DNA from: Eledone cirrhosa
Lineage: Eukaryota
Assembly (NCBI GenBank): GCA_964016885.1
Contig: OZ024748.1
Location: 25,420,001-25,484,000, forward strand
Length of the DNA: 64,000 bases
Direction: 5' to 3'
A model generated the notes under the pieces. The model made no database searches, was not told the origin of the DNA, and saw only the letters and a program-made list of their open reading frames with translations. Below are positions 31,411 to 44,858 of the stretch, one piece after another. A program made the position numbers and the translations under genes. Within the stretch, counting starts at the first letter, position 1. Each line of letters starts with the position of its first letter.

Positions 31411-31539
31411 GTAATGGCCCTAAAATGTGTGAAGGGGGGGGGGTGTAAGGGGAGGAAATGGTAGAAATAGTTCCACGGCTGTTTTAATAAATGTTTGTAT
31501 TCTTAGTGACGCCCTTCATTGAACCCATTAACCTACAGC

Positions 31540-31644
<105 letters not shown>

Positions 31645-31674
31645 TGTGTAAGTGTGTGTGAATGCGTACATATA

Positions 31675-31729
<55 letters not shown>

Positions 31730-32071
31730 TACACAATAATCAAAACTATGTTCAAATCATTTTATTGCTGACAATCGTTTCTTCCAAACTTTCGTTTGAA
31801 ATCGTCATATAATGAACTTCCTAGTCAACTGAACAATCATATAGATACATGGATATTAATGTTGTTAACAACAGTTTTGTATTTACAGAGTGGAATGGAT
31901 GTGACAGAGATTACAAGAGAATAGTATAATAATTAAAGCAGTATAGAGAGTGCAAATGTAATATATATTACATATATATAATGGCGGTGACACAGCATGG
32001 CCTCAGCCGATCAGCTGGAACACAATAGAATTATATATATATATATATATATACACACACGCACACGCGCG

Positions 32072-32180
<109 letters not shown>

Positions 32181-32251
32181 ACATAACTATATATATAATT
32201 GTAATCTGAGTTTTTCGAATATTAATAATAATATTCGATGCGTTTGCAATC

Positions 32252-32625
32252 ATGCAAACAGCCTCTTTAAAATGTAGGCATAACAGACCAGATATTATTA
32301 TATGGGACAGGGAAAAGAAGGCATGCTCAGTAGTGGAAGTTAGCTGCCCAGCAGATGCCAATATAATATCAAAGATTAGCGAAAAGGAGAATATTTATGC
32401 AGAACTGATGAGAAATTTGCAGATACTCCATCCTGATTACACCTTCAGATTTATGCCTGTGATTATTGGGGCACTGGGGTATGCTAGTTACTGCCTCAAT
32501 ACAAATCTTGAGAAGCTAGGCTTCACAAGAACAGAAAGAACACAACTAGTTAGGAAGTTACAAGTACAATCCATTAATGGAACAGTAAAAAATATGTAAA
32601 ACATTCCAAACATTTTGCATCTAAT
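32252..32625 (+). mobile_element. 3' fragment (RLE domain) of an R4/Dong-like non-LTR element
   Basis: HNRPDIIIWD..SVVEVSCP..EKENIY..PVIIGALG parallels the C-terminus of the ORF at 32957-35788. A frameshift lies near its end. Confidence 0.85.
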
Positions 32626-32939
32626 AACTGCATATACACATGTAGAGATACAAAGCATATACACATGCACACATACAACTCAAAACATACACATACGCAT
32701 CCACACATACAATAACATCCATATCTACACATGCATGCATGCTTACATAATCTACCTAGTTGATGTTGTGTAAATTCCAATGAGAGAGTATTGTGTCTAT
32801 GTTAGAAACCGACTCTCTCTATTGGGAAAAAATTTGTGAAATTATAAAACCAGAAGATCATACATACATACATACATACATACATACATACATACATACA
32901 TACATACATACATACATACATACATACATACATACATAC

Positions 32940-35868
32940 ATGAAACGCTTAATGTTTTGTTATATGTTTCAGCTGTCACATTGCTAGCATATAACACACA
33001 TCTAAAACCACGCAATCAAGATACAAACAGAAAGCCTGAACCAGCGTGGATGCGAAATTTAAAAACCAAAATTTTGTCCCTGAGACGAAGTATCTCACAC
33101 ATCGCAGTCGTTATGAAATGCAACATAGAGAGCAACTTCACACAACACCAGGAAGACCTAAAGAAAATGTTAGAGAGAAGATTTGGAGATACAAAATTTA
33201 AAACTTTGAACTCCAAATTACACCAGTTGAAACAACAACTCACAGCTACAACAGAAAGACTAAAATATAAGTCAACAGCACATAAACGACAAGTGCTAAA
33301 TAGATTGTTTGCCAGAGATCCTAAATCAGTTTATCGCAGCTTCGGTGGCAAAAGCTCAATCTCTGTAAATGACACCCCTTCAAAAGAACAGGTTGAGAGC
33401 TACTGGAGATCTGTATGGGAAACGGATGACGGATTCAACAGACAAGCTAATTGGCTAAAAGAACTGGAACAGGACTACTGCCAACATGTCCAGACAAAAC
33501 AATATGACATAGATGGGTCAATACTGGAAACAGCTCTACAGAAAATGTCGAATAGGAAATCGCCAGGCCCAGACCTCATTACAGGATACTGGTTGAAGAA
33601 TTTCACTTTCTATCGGCAAGATCTCATACGGCTGTTTACAGAAACCATTAAGGGCACACAAGAACTGCCCAGATGGTTATCAACTGCCTCTACTCTCCTC
33701 ATTCCCAAAAATAGCCAAACCACCCTTGCTAAAAATTACCACCCAATTGCCTGCCAAAACATCATGTATAAATTATATACTGGGTGCCTTAACCTCTTCT
33801 TACAGGATCACTGTGCTACCAACAACATCATAACACCTGAGCAAGCTGGTGGAAAGAGGGAGGTGTGGGGTTGCATAGATCACCTACTAACTAACAAAAT
33901 GATTCAGGAAAAAACAACAAAGAATCGCAGAAACATGACTGTCGTGTGGCTGGACTATCAAAAAGCATTTGATAGTGTACCTCATGGGTGGATTGTTAAG
34001 GCTTTACAGTTAGCTAAAGTCCCACAACCATTGGTAGCTGCTGTTGAACGCCTGACCAAGAACTGGTACACCAGTTTGATCCTTAGAGGTGAGAAGGAGC
34101 AGGTTAAGACTGATAAGATACATTACCAGAAGGGCATCTTTCAGGGTGATAGCTTGTCAGTGCTACTCTTCGTTCTCTCACTGAATCCACTATCTTACCT
34201 ACTCAGGAAACAAGGTCGACAAAGAAGTGGGACCAGAAGTATCTCCCATCTTTTCTTTGTTGATGACCTGAAGTTGTATGGGCCAAATATCAATGACATC
34301 AAGAAACAATTGGACCTCATTACACAATTTTCAACCGACATCAAAATGAAATTTGGTGAGTCCAAGTGTGCATATTTGGCAGTAAAACGTGGAAGAGCTG
34401 TGCCCTCCTCTAGAAATCTAGAGATGAACGGCCTGACAATACAACCTCTGCAGTCAGGTGACAACTACAGATATCTTGGACAGGATGAGAATGTCAGATA
34501 TGATGGACCCATAAATAAGGAGAGAACCAGAACTGAATACCTCAGAAGAGTAAAGAAAATATGGTCATCAGAACTGTCAGCATACAACAAATACATTGCC
34601 CACAATACTTATGCTGTGCCAATTCTAACGCCAACATTTGGCCTACTGAACTGGTCATTGCAAGAACTAAGTGAGATGGATGTTAGAACTCGAAAACTTC
34701 TCAGTGTTACTGGGACCTTTAACATCAATGGTGATGTGGATAGGCTATACTTCTCACGCAAGGAAGGTGGCCGGGGTCTAAAATCAATATTAACAACATA
34801 TGAGACCCGGATAGTGACACTGAAGCAACACCTTCAACAGAGGAAAAAGGTTGGCAACCATCTTGCCCAGGTTTATGACCATGAAAAAAGAAATATCATT
34901 AGAATAGCGACTGATCTGGAGGAGAGATATGGAATAAAGCCCGATATAAATCTCTCACCCAGAGAAATCGGAAGATCCTATTCAATGTTCAAACAAGAAA
35001 AAAAAATTGACCAATTTACAGAAAAAGTTGTGCATGGATACTTGAGGCGTAAAACACAGACCATAGAGGGGATAAACCACTCAAAAAGCCTGGCATGGAG
35101 TTCCGACAAGTTTATGACATCACACCTTGAGGGATATCTCTATGCAATACAGGAACAAGAACTCCCTACCAAATATCTGCTGCACAAAAGAGGAGGGCCA
35201 GCAGCTGACAATAAATGTAGGCTATGTAAAACAAAGATCGAGGATGTAAGCCACATTGTTGCCAGCTGCGAAAGAATGTCATCTCGCTACTACCTCCCCA
35301 TGAGACACGATGGGATAGCTAGAACCATCTGGAACGCACTTCGGAAAACAAAATCAACAACAAACGAGGAAGAATATATTGAGACAGATGGCACTAAGGA
35401 ATACTGGTGGAACCTGAAAATAAAAACTGCCACCAAATTAAAGCACAACCGGCCTGATATTGTAGTTTGGGACCACACATTGAAAACGTGTTCTGTTGTG
35501 GAGATCAGCTGCCCACTTGATGTAAACGTTGTCAGAAAAATACAGGAGAAGGAGGACATCTACGGACCATTGATGAGGAGTTTACAAATCCAGTATCCAA
35601 GATACACCTTTAGCTTCATACCCATCATTATTGGTGCTACGGGTTATATACCAACCCGCTTGGACCAAAGTATGACTGAACTTGGATTTGCGGACAAAAA
35701 GCGCAGCTCCCTAATTCATAGTCTACAAATGGCTGCGATAGCTGGCACCTTCAAAATTTGCAAAACATTCTTGCGATTCAAGGGATGACAATTTCTTTTC
35801 TTTTACAACCTTGCCACCAGGAAGGTGGCCGGTCAAAAAAATATACTCAAAATTAAGAGAAAGAGAAA
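32940..35868 (+). mobile_element. 5'-truncated R4/Dong-like (RLE-type) non-LTR retrotransposon inserted in (TACA)n
   Basis: (TACA)n at 32861-32940 and a degenerate version at 35869-35925. The reading frame is open up to the 5' junction; the 3' UTR is short. Confidence 0.85.
32957..35788 (+). CDS. Reverse transcriptase + CCHC knuckle + restriction-like endonuclease (943 aa, N-truncated, no true start codon)
   Basis: RT motifs KSPGPD, WLDYQKAFDSVPH, GIFQGDSLS, LFFVDDLKLY and YRYLG; knuckle CRLC..HIVASC; RHD; endonuclease RPDIVVWD..VVEISCP..K. Confidence 0.95.
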   Translation: MLYVSAVTLLAYNTHLKPRNQDTNRKPEPAWMRNLKTKILSLRRSISHIAVVMKCNIESNFTQHQEDLKKMLERRFGDTKFKTLNSKLHQLKQQLTATTERLKYKSTAHKRQVLNRLFARDPKSVYRSFGGKSSISVNDTPSKEQVESYWRSVWETDDGFNRQANWLKELEQDYCQHVQTKQYDIDGSILETALQKMSNRKSPGPDLITGYWLKNFTFYRQDLIRLFTETIKGTQELPRWLSTASTLLIPKNSQTTLAKNYHPIACQNIMYKLYTGCLNLFLQDHCATNNIITPEQAGGKREVWGCIDHLLTNKMIQEKTTKNRRNMTVVWLDYQKAFDSVPHGWIVKALQLAKVPQPLVAAVERLTKNWYTSLILRGEKEQVKTDKIHYQKGIFQGDSLSVLLFVLSLNPLSYLLRKQGRQRSGTRSISHLFFVDDLKLYGPNINDIKKQLDLITQFSTDIKMKFGESKCAYLAVKRGRAVPSSRNLEMNGLTIQPLQSGDNYRYLGQDENVRYDGPINKERTRTEYLRRVKKIWSSELSAYNKYIAHNTYAVPILTPTFGLLNWSLQELSEMDVRTRKLLSVTGTFNINGDVDRLYFSRKEGGRGLKSILTTYETRIVTLKQHLQQRKKVGNHLAQVYDHEKRNIIRIATDLEERYGIKPDINLSPREIGRSYSMFKQEKKIDQFTEKVVHGYLRRKTQTIEGINHSKSLAWSSDKFMTSHLEGYLYAIQEQELPTKYLLHKRGGPAADNKCRLCKTKIEDVSHIVASCERMSSRYYLPMRHDGIARTIWNALRKTKSTTNEEEYIETDGTKEYWWNLKIKTATKLKHNRPDIVVWDHTLKTCSVVEISCPLDVNVVRKIQEKEDIYGPLMRSLQIQYPRYTFSFIPIIIGATGYIPTRLDQSMTELGFADKKRSSLIHSLQMAAIAGTFKICKTFLRFKG

Positions 35869-36289
35869 ACATACATACATACATACACACAAACATACAT
35901 ACACATATACATACATACATACATCAATATATGGGTGTAGCCAGCGGGAGCTCAACTAGTTCGTGCCGCCACACCCCGCAGCTCCTGTGGGTTTTGCTCT
36001 ATTTAAATAATATCCGTTTACTGTATCAAAATATTAAATCTGTCATCATCATCGTCATCATCATCATCTTGAGGGGCGTTGGGAAGGTAGATCTAGGGAT
36101 GTGTGAGGGTGGCAGGGGCAGGGTGTTCAGGCATGGGTGGAGTGCTAGGACATGTGAGAGGCATGGTCGGGGGAAGGTCGTTAGGGCGTGGGGTGTATGG
36201 AAGGGAGAAGAGGAAGGTAGTGCGTACAAGACGTATGCTTCAACCCTTGCACATGGGAAGAAGAGCGTTCTGTATTACTACATAACGTC

Positions 36290-37980
36290 AGAGATATCGA
36301 CCCTGTGTCATTGCCTTCGAGGTGTGCAATTGTGGGTGATCAGCTTTCATCACCTCATCCCTAGACTACTTAAGTCTTCCTACGCTGTAGCTTCCATCAA
36401 CCTTGAGCCTCCTGCACCTTTTTATACATCTATCATCCTTCATATGTATCAAATATCCATACCAGCGCATTCTCCTCGCCTGCTCACTGCATCTGCCTCC
36501 TTTTATGCCCAGTTTCTCTTTCAGTTCATTTATGCTTTGCCGTTCATGTATATTACTATTACACATCCATCGAAGAATGGAAGTTTCATTTCTTTCCAGT
36601 CTTCGTAGATCCTCTGCATACAGTGCCCAGGTCTCATTGCCATGCAACATTGTTGTTCGTATACACGCATCATTGAATTTGCCCTTTATTTTGAGGGGGA
36701 AAAACCTTTTGCGGCTACAGCGGTAGTAGCTCACTGAACGTTCTCCATCCCGTTCAAACTCTAGCTACAGTGCTTTCGGAACATCCACCTCCACTGCTAA
36801 TTTCGTGGCCCCGGTAACGGAAACAGACTCTTGCTACTTACTGCCCCTGTGCAACGACCACATACAAAATCTGCGTTCTTTGCTAGCCCACCTGAGATCC
36901 TACTACATCTCTTGCGTACCCATAGTTTGCATTTTGGACATAGGATAGAGTTTCTACCTAATACTTTCCTGCACAATGAACACGGTCATTTCTCTTAGAG
37001 AATCTGGGCTCTGTTATCCTGGTCTTTGCTAGGCTGGCGTTTAGACTTAGATTCTAGGCCTTGCTTCCAGGTTGGAACTTTTTCTTTAGATCTGCCATAG
37101 ATTCAGTCGTAAGGGTTAGATCATCAGCATACAGAAGCTCCCATGGACAGCCAGTCTTAAACTCTTCTCTAATAGCCTAAACAGAAGAGAGCTGAAAACG
37201 GAGCCTCGATGTACTCCTACCTACATGCTAAATTCTTCACTATAGTCATTGTTAATACTAACCTTGTTGACTGTTCCACTATACATGGCTTTTACAGCCT
37301 TCACAAGCCACTCATCTACTCCTAGCTTTTTAAGAGCCCACCAAATAATGGAACGGGGGACTCTGTCAAAAGCTTTCTCCAGGTCCACAAATGCCAAGTG
37401 TAGGGGTTTACTTTTAGCTGGTACTTCTACAGTTGCCTCACAAGGGAAAGGGTATCAGTGGTACTTTTACCTGGCACAAATCCAAACTGCATCATCTAGG
37501 TTAACTCGGTCTCTGGTTAGCTATGCAATAACTCTTTCTGTCACCTTCATGACCTGGTCAACCAATTTGATGCTTCTATAGTTTACTCTTCTAAGGCATT
37601 TCTTTTACCCTTGTAGCAGTTGATTATGATGCTTCCACACCAGTCATGAGGTATGACACCGTTTTATAATACTTGGTTTACAATACGAGTGGTTAAGGTG
37701 TGACCCACCATCCCAGATGCGTTCAGCACCTTGGCAACTATCCCAGAAGACCCAGCTTCCTTGCCTGTCTTCATATTCTTGATTGCCTTACTTACTATAC
37801 TACTGCTGACGTGTACCGCCGGTCTCTCTGTTGGGTTTACTTGGGACAAACTATTTTCTTCACATGCATTCTCCTCATTCGGTAGTCTTTCATAGTGGCA
37901 CTTCCATGCTACCCTCTTTTCAGCGTCAGTGAGTGCAAGTACACCATTATCATCTCGGACACATTTCTCTCCATCAACTT
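36290..37980 (-). mobile_element. Degenerate RTE-clade LINE (RT pseudogene)
   Basis: Minus-strand PWELLYADDL at ~37120-37146, also MLHGNETWAL, RWYGYL and GKEAGSSGIVA; many stops and frameshifts. Confidence 0.9.
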
Positions 37981-38155
37981 GAAAGAAGGAAGAAGACTTG
38001 AGAGGAGAAATGGAAGATGGACTCGTGGTGGTTTTCCATGTCTGATCTCGTTCTCGTCCAGAGACAGATGATGTGTTCATATCCATCCTTGGAGTGCTCC
38101 AGCTTTGTGCACCATTTCCCATACAGAACAACAGTCAGACCCATAGATTATGGTT

Positions 38156-38206
<51 letters not shown>

Positions 38207-38262
38207 ATGTTCAGCTAACAGTTACAAGGAGTTTGCACTGCTGTGTTTTGATTGGTCTAGGT

Positions 38263-40911
38263 CAAAGGTTCTCAACGGAGGGCATATGCACCCGGGGGGG
38301 GGCGTTTCGGAACTCCAGGAGGGCGTTTAGGAGCGAGGGGGCGATAGGTGGGCGTTTGGAGCTTTGGGCAGCGCTAGGGGGTGCTGGAAGGCTCTTTACT
38401 TTGGTAAGTTTTATAAGCCATATTTGTATGTCTTTGAGACAGCCAGTGTGAATGCATTTGAATGAGCATGCAGACAGCATAACTATGGTCTGACCGCAGC
38501 TGTTAGCAGGTGTGCAAGTGTGTCTAGACTTAACCGGTAATTAGGATCCTAAAAATGGAAAAACCCACAGTTAACTGGGTCAAGAACACTTTGAGCGCAG
38601 CCAGTTAGAATCTTATCTTTCCTTCACCGATAACAATGTATTTCATGTCGGAAATTATTGACTCAACCATAACGAGTTAACACTATGTAGATCTATTTTA
38701 TTCCCTATTGGATAAATAATATTACAATTTAAAAAAAGAAAAGAAAAAACACAGAAGCGGGTAGCACACACATCTAGGACCACATACAACACATAAGCAG
38801 GTAATATACACATCTAGGACCACATATAACACATAATCAGATAATACACACATCTAGGACCACATACAACACATAATCAGTTAATACACACCTCTAGGAC
38901 CACATGCAACACATAAGGAGGTAGCACACACATCTAGGACCACATACAACACACAGGCAGGTAATACATACATCTAGGACCACATACAATACATAATCAG
39001 GTAATACAAACATCTAGGACCACATACAACACATAATCAGGTAATACATACATCTAGGACCACATACAATACATAAGGAAGTAATACACACATATAGGAC
39101 CACATACAACACACAAGCAGGTAATACATACAGCTGGGACCACATACAATACATAAGCAGGTAATCCATACATCTAGGATCACATACAACACACAGTCAG
39201 GTAATACATGCATCTAGGACCATATACAACACACAGGCAGGTAATACATACATCTAGGACCACATACAACACACATTGTGTCATTCATCGACAACACTTG
39301 GCTGCGAAGAAACTCAACAAGCCGCTGAGCAAGTCTTTGCAGGTGGCCATTGATGTCATCAATTTTATCAAACGGCATTCCCTCAATGAACGAATTTTCC
39401 GGCAACTGTGCCAAGATAATGACGAAAAATTCGTCAAGTTGCTCCTTCATACTGAAGTGAGGTGGATTTCAATGAGCAAGTGCCTTACTCACTTCTTTGA
39501 ACTCTTCGACTCTATCATTGAGTTTCTGCGAGGACACAACACAGAACTGTACAAGAAAACCCTCGATGTGAGGCAAGACTGCGCCTACCTCACCGACATC
39601 TTCGACAAATGCAATAGCGTCATTTTGGCTTTGCAGGGGAAGAAGATCATTTTGCTTAAAGCAAGGAATTCTGTGAAAACATTCCTAGCCAAATTGAATG
39701 TCATCGAAAGGAATCTTTGTTGACAGGAATTCTATAATTTTCCTAGTGTCGCCAATGTTCAAAACATTGTAAGCGATGACCAACTCCAAATTTATACCGC
39801 TCACCTCCGTGCGCTTCAAGACAACATGAGAGAACGGTTTGTCGACCTTTTGCCGATGGACATCCCAATGTGGATAGCAGATCCCTTCATAGCTAACGTC
39901 GATGATTTGGACGATAAATTTCAGGAAGAATTCATTGAACTTCAAGCAGATGACATGATCAAAATTAGATTTCCCAAAATAGGTGAACCCGTTTTGGGGA
40001 TGCAAGAGGAAATTCAGCGTCGATTTCCACACCTACATGCAGAGGCTAAGAGATTTGTTCTGCCTTTGCCAAGCTGATACTTAGTCGAGAGGAGGTTTGG
40101 TGCTGTTTCCAGACTGCACAGTAAGGCCCACAACCGCTACAGTGTAATTACATGGGGAGATCTATGGCTACATCTTACGAAAATTCAGCCTGGCGTTAAA
40201 GAGTTAGCTAGACTCCACATGAAGCTCAAGGGTCCCATTGAAATGAGGTCAAAGTTAAAGTAAGTTGATTTATCCGAAAACTTGGATATGCTATTGTTAC
40301 AAAGCAAACTAACAATTTTTTTATTTGTAGTTGCAGTCTGACTGGACTGGAAACCATCTACTTCTAATCACTTACTCATTTGTTGTGTATATTTTACCAT
40401 TTACTAATGAATATACCCTCCCGCGTGGTCATGAAATCCCTCTTCTGTGGTCTCTAAGCTCACAAAGCAGAGGGGACATCAAGCTAGATATCAACATTTA
40501 TTCTGTCCGTTTCATTAAAGGGAAAATTGGAAAGCTTTGAAATGATATAATTGCCACTTTCTTCCAGATAAGAGCACACTTGGGATAGACAGAGTTGCTC
40601 TTGTATAAATGTTCAAAATAGCTGGTAACGCCTGGTGAGAATATAACAAATTCAACTGGTCCTTATTCATAAAAAAGAACATTTATGTTCCTCTTTTTGA
40701 AATTTATATATTTCCTTTCAAGGAATGTATTTATACTCTCAGCTGCCTGCAATGATATTTTTGGAATATTGTTAATCAATTTTTAGTAATCTACTGATAT
40801 CAAAATCAGTAGTATATTGAAAAATGGAAAAGTAAGGTGGTGTGGGGGGAGCGTTTCGTGATTTCGAGGCACAAAAGGGGGCGTTTGGCCTAAATGGGTT
40901 GAGAACCTGTG
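38263..40911 (+). mobile_element. hAT (Buster/Charlie-like) DNA transposon, defective
   Basis: TIRs caaaggttctcaac / gttgagaacctgtg. Degenerate 8-bp flanks gtctaggt / gttgtggt. Transposase motifs THCVIHRQHL and LLLHTEVRW at 39270-40240, with stops. Confidence 0.88.
38761..39274. repeat. 40-bp minisatellite (~13 copies) inside the hAT element
   Basis: Unit gtaatacacacatctaggaccacatacaacacataatcag. Confidence 0.95.
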
Positions 40912-41859
40912 GTTGTGGTGCCAAGGCGGGAAAATAGTAGAAGAACCATTAACACACGCACCTCGCACGCGGTACCCCCTTCAGAAAGAAGAACGCCCGA
41001 AAAGCCCACGAACTATCTACATGATGTTACTGACCCCTCGTTTCTGGCAAGACCTGCCCTGCACTTCCAGCACTCTGGCCCCACAGTTACATACTTAGGA
41101 AAAACCTCAACTTCACATTATGTAATGTTTGAACTTCATTGATGTAACTCAATGTTAAGCATGGATATTACATGAGAAAAATCTCGGCTTTTGTTATTTC
41201 CATAATCCTGACTGAAGGATATTAAAATAAAATGTCAATATTTTTATTACCAATGGTAAAAGAAATGGCTACTAAAACTGTACAGTTTTGTTGCCAAGAT
41301 GTCAATATTTTGACTACCATTGGTAAAAGAAATGTCGGTATACTAGGACTGTAAAGGATGACTAAATCTCAAAGCGACAAATTAAACCACCAGTAATCCC
41401 TTGAAGTAGCGATTAAAATTCCCAGTAGATTCAGAAAATAATTAACGAAAGAAATTGGTTTCAGAAACTATAAATAAAACATTTAAATTGAACAGATATC
41501 TGTTCACTTCTTGTCAGGTAATCACAAAAACAAATACCGATTGTTTGGAATTCCTAACAGGATTTTTTTCTTTCATTTTTAATTAAAGTTTTAGAAATTT
41601 AGAACTTAAAGTTAAGTACATTTGATAAAGAACGTGGCGTAACAGGTTTCGGTAACATAAACATCTGTGAAGCAACTGTCAACAAATGAAACTAATATAA
41701 ATATAAAAGACGAGATATAATCGATTTTTAGTGTTGTTGATATATGTAGTTAATGTCACATACACACACGCACACACACACAGACATATGTGTGTAGTAA
41801 CCTTATGTTACTGTTGGTTCAATAACTTGAGCACCCGATAATCCGATAATGCTTTCCAG

Positions 41860-41999
41860 AATAGTTACGTCATCCCTTTACGGTCTGAGTTCAAATCCCG
41901 TCGAGGTTAACTTTGCCTTTCATCCTTACGGGGTCGATAAAATAAAGTACCAGTAATGTACTGGGTAATTGCTGGCCTTGTGCCAAAAGTAGAAACAGT
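41860..41999 (+). mobile_element. tRNA-derived SINE fragment
   Basis: B-box-like gagttcaaatccc followed by gcctttcatccttacggggtcgataaaataaagtaccag; near-identical to 58700-58830. Confidence 0.75.
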
Positions 42000-42366
42000 T
42001 ATATATATATATATATAAATAAATGTATAAACAAATATATATATATATATACATTAAATAAATAAAAAAGCCATGACTACAAATATAATTTGGGGAAAAT
42101 TAATTGATTCCTGGTGTAACAGTATTATGAAAATATAGAAAGGAAAGAAAAACAATTGACCATATATATATATATATTTAAGAGTTAAACAAGATTCAAT
42201 GAGCACACCAAAGAATGCGTTTTACAATAGATTGGAAGCACTCTACAGTAAATTTTCAAGAGTTATTAATATTAATTCAAATATACTGAACTTAATTCAG
42301 TACCTCTGAAATATGTCTAATAAAATTTACTTGATTACAAGAATATCTATCTTGTTAATATTTGAA

Positions 42367-42408
<42 letters not shown>

Positions 42409-42637
42409 ATGAGAAGAAAGAAGAATACTGCGTTGTTTGCACATGGGTTACATATGATAAAAATAGTCCTTCGTCAGTTATTTGACAACCATCATTGGTA
42501 TTTCATCGCATTAAAAATCAGATACCTCAGGTTGGTGCGAGCAATAAGCTAAAAATAGTTATTGGGACCAGTAATCGCGTAAAGCGAGGGGGGAAAGTGA
42601 ATAACATAGAAGGATAAAAACAAACCATATATATATA

Positions 42638-42708
<71 letters not shown>

Positions 42709-42711
<3 letters not shown>

Positions 42712-43650
42712 TCATCATAATCATCATCATCATCATCATTTTACGTCCGCTTTTCCCTGCTTGCAAGGGTGGGACGGGTCTTATTAAGCACGGCATCTCT
42801 CCATTGTCATCTCCTCCGTGAGCTTCAGCCATCTGAGGTCTGCTCTCACCACCTCTGCCCATGTTGTTCGTGGTCTTCCTCGACTGCGTCTTCCTTCTAC
42901 TGGGATTTCTTGGCACTTCTTTACCCAGCGGTCATCCTCCATGCGCATCACATATCCATACCAATGCAGTCTTCTCTCCCGCACACTACAGCCTATCCCT
43001 CTTATACATAGTTTCTCTCTCAACTCGACTACGCTTGGTCATTCACACACATTGACATTGCACATCCAACGGAACATGCTTACTTCATTTCTCTCCAGCT
43101 GTCGCATATCTTCCACAGTTGCTGCCCATGTCTCACTACCATGCAGCATCGCACATCTCACACAGGCATCATATAACCGGCCTTTCGTTCGTAGGGAGAA
43201 ACCCTTCTTTGTCAACAGAGGAAGAAACTCCCTAAACTTCTTCCAAACCGTCAATATTCTGGATACTATGGCCTCGGAACACCCTCCTCCCTTACTAATC
43301 TGATCATCTAGGTATTGGAAGCTATCAACCACCTCTATAGGTCCTACCTACATTTGAAAAATGTGTCTATCACTGCGACTTCTACTGTCAAATTTCCCTG
43401 TACATCTACTGCATATATAGTTTTCCCTACCTGTTAGTTTGTCTGCTATCCCACTACATCTCTTGTGAACCCAAGATCTGCATTGTGTACATTCTATAGA
43501 ATTTATGCCAACTCCTACATATCGAACATGGCCACTTCCCTGATGGAATCAGAGTTTTGTCCTCTTTGCTACTTATCAACACCTTTGTCTCAGCTTAGCT
43601 AGATTTACTCTCAGTCCTCTCGATTCCAGCTGCTGTTTCCATAGCCAGAA
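42709..43650 (-). mobile_element. 3' part of an RTE-clade LINE with (GAT)n tail
   Basis: FQYLDDQI..KGRLYDACVRCAMLHGSETWA, RRLHWYGYV, GRRSRGRPRTTW; tail ggacgtaaaatgatgatg. Confidence 0.9.
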
Positions 43651-44200
43651 TTTGAGGAATATAAGGAAAAGAAATCGAAAATGCAACTGGATTCTTTTTA
43701 AGAATATTTATTTGTTTCCTTTACCGCTTTCACAGTTCTTAAAAGTAGAATTGAGATGGAGGGTTTGTGGTTTTGCTCGCATCTGGTTGGTGTTCGAAAG
43801 TTATTTCTGTTTTATGTGGAAAGAGTGACTCGAATTGCTGGAGTTTTTTTTAAATAAACTTGGTTGGTTGATGACTCTTACGTGAATATGTACAATAAAT
43901 TTCGTGCCAGTTCGCGTTCCAAAGTTCTTATTGTATTTGCCTTTGAAAATGTGGCTCAAATTGTTGTTTTTTTTTATAAGTGTAATTTGCTTGATTGATG
44001 ACTGTCACGTGTATAAGTACATCAAAAGTCGCGTTAATCCTCTGTAATTTTATGTGTTCAAGGAATAAATTACCGGGCTCTCAATAATACAGAATATAGA
44101 GAAGAAAACAAGGGGTAGAGAATCACGTTCTCTACCCCTTGTAATTGAAAACATACCCCTTTTTGTGTTTTCTTCTCTATATACTGTAGTACACCTCCCC

Positions 44201-44268
<68 letters not shown>

Positions 44269-44288
44269 TACACATATATACATATATG

Positions 44289-44358
<70 letters not shown>

Positions 44359-44470
44359 TTGAAATAAAATGAAAACGAAATTTCATTTCTCACTCTTAGT
44401 ATGGCACTTACTTAAATGTAAGTATGTATGTATACGTACATACATATATGTATACAGACGTACAGTAGCA

Positions 44471-44545
<75 letters not shown>

Positions 44546-44858
44546 AGGAGGTTATAGTTCACTTGAAGCATTGTGTAATGAGGTATAAACGTTAGAATAT
44601 GTGTAATAAGGCCAAGACAATGCAGATATGGACATAGAACATATCTGCATTGTCTTGGCCTTATTACACATATTCTAACGTTTATATATATATATATATA
44701 TATACATACAGGTACACATACATATATGCACGTATCAGTTTAGCGGACGCTTATTATAACGCCGCTTTGTTCGTTTGTAAACAAACTGAACAGCCTGAAT
44801 TTATGCCATACGGTGTTAAGGCAACCACGTCACCTTTTTGTTCAACACTGACACAGGA

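Noticed and set aside
35811-36608. 265-aa ORF
   Set aside because: It is a chimera of microsatellite and antisense RTE sequence with no recognisable protein motif.
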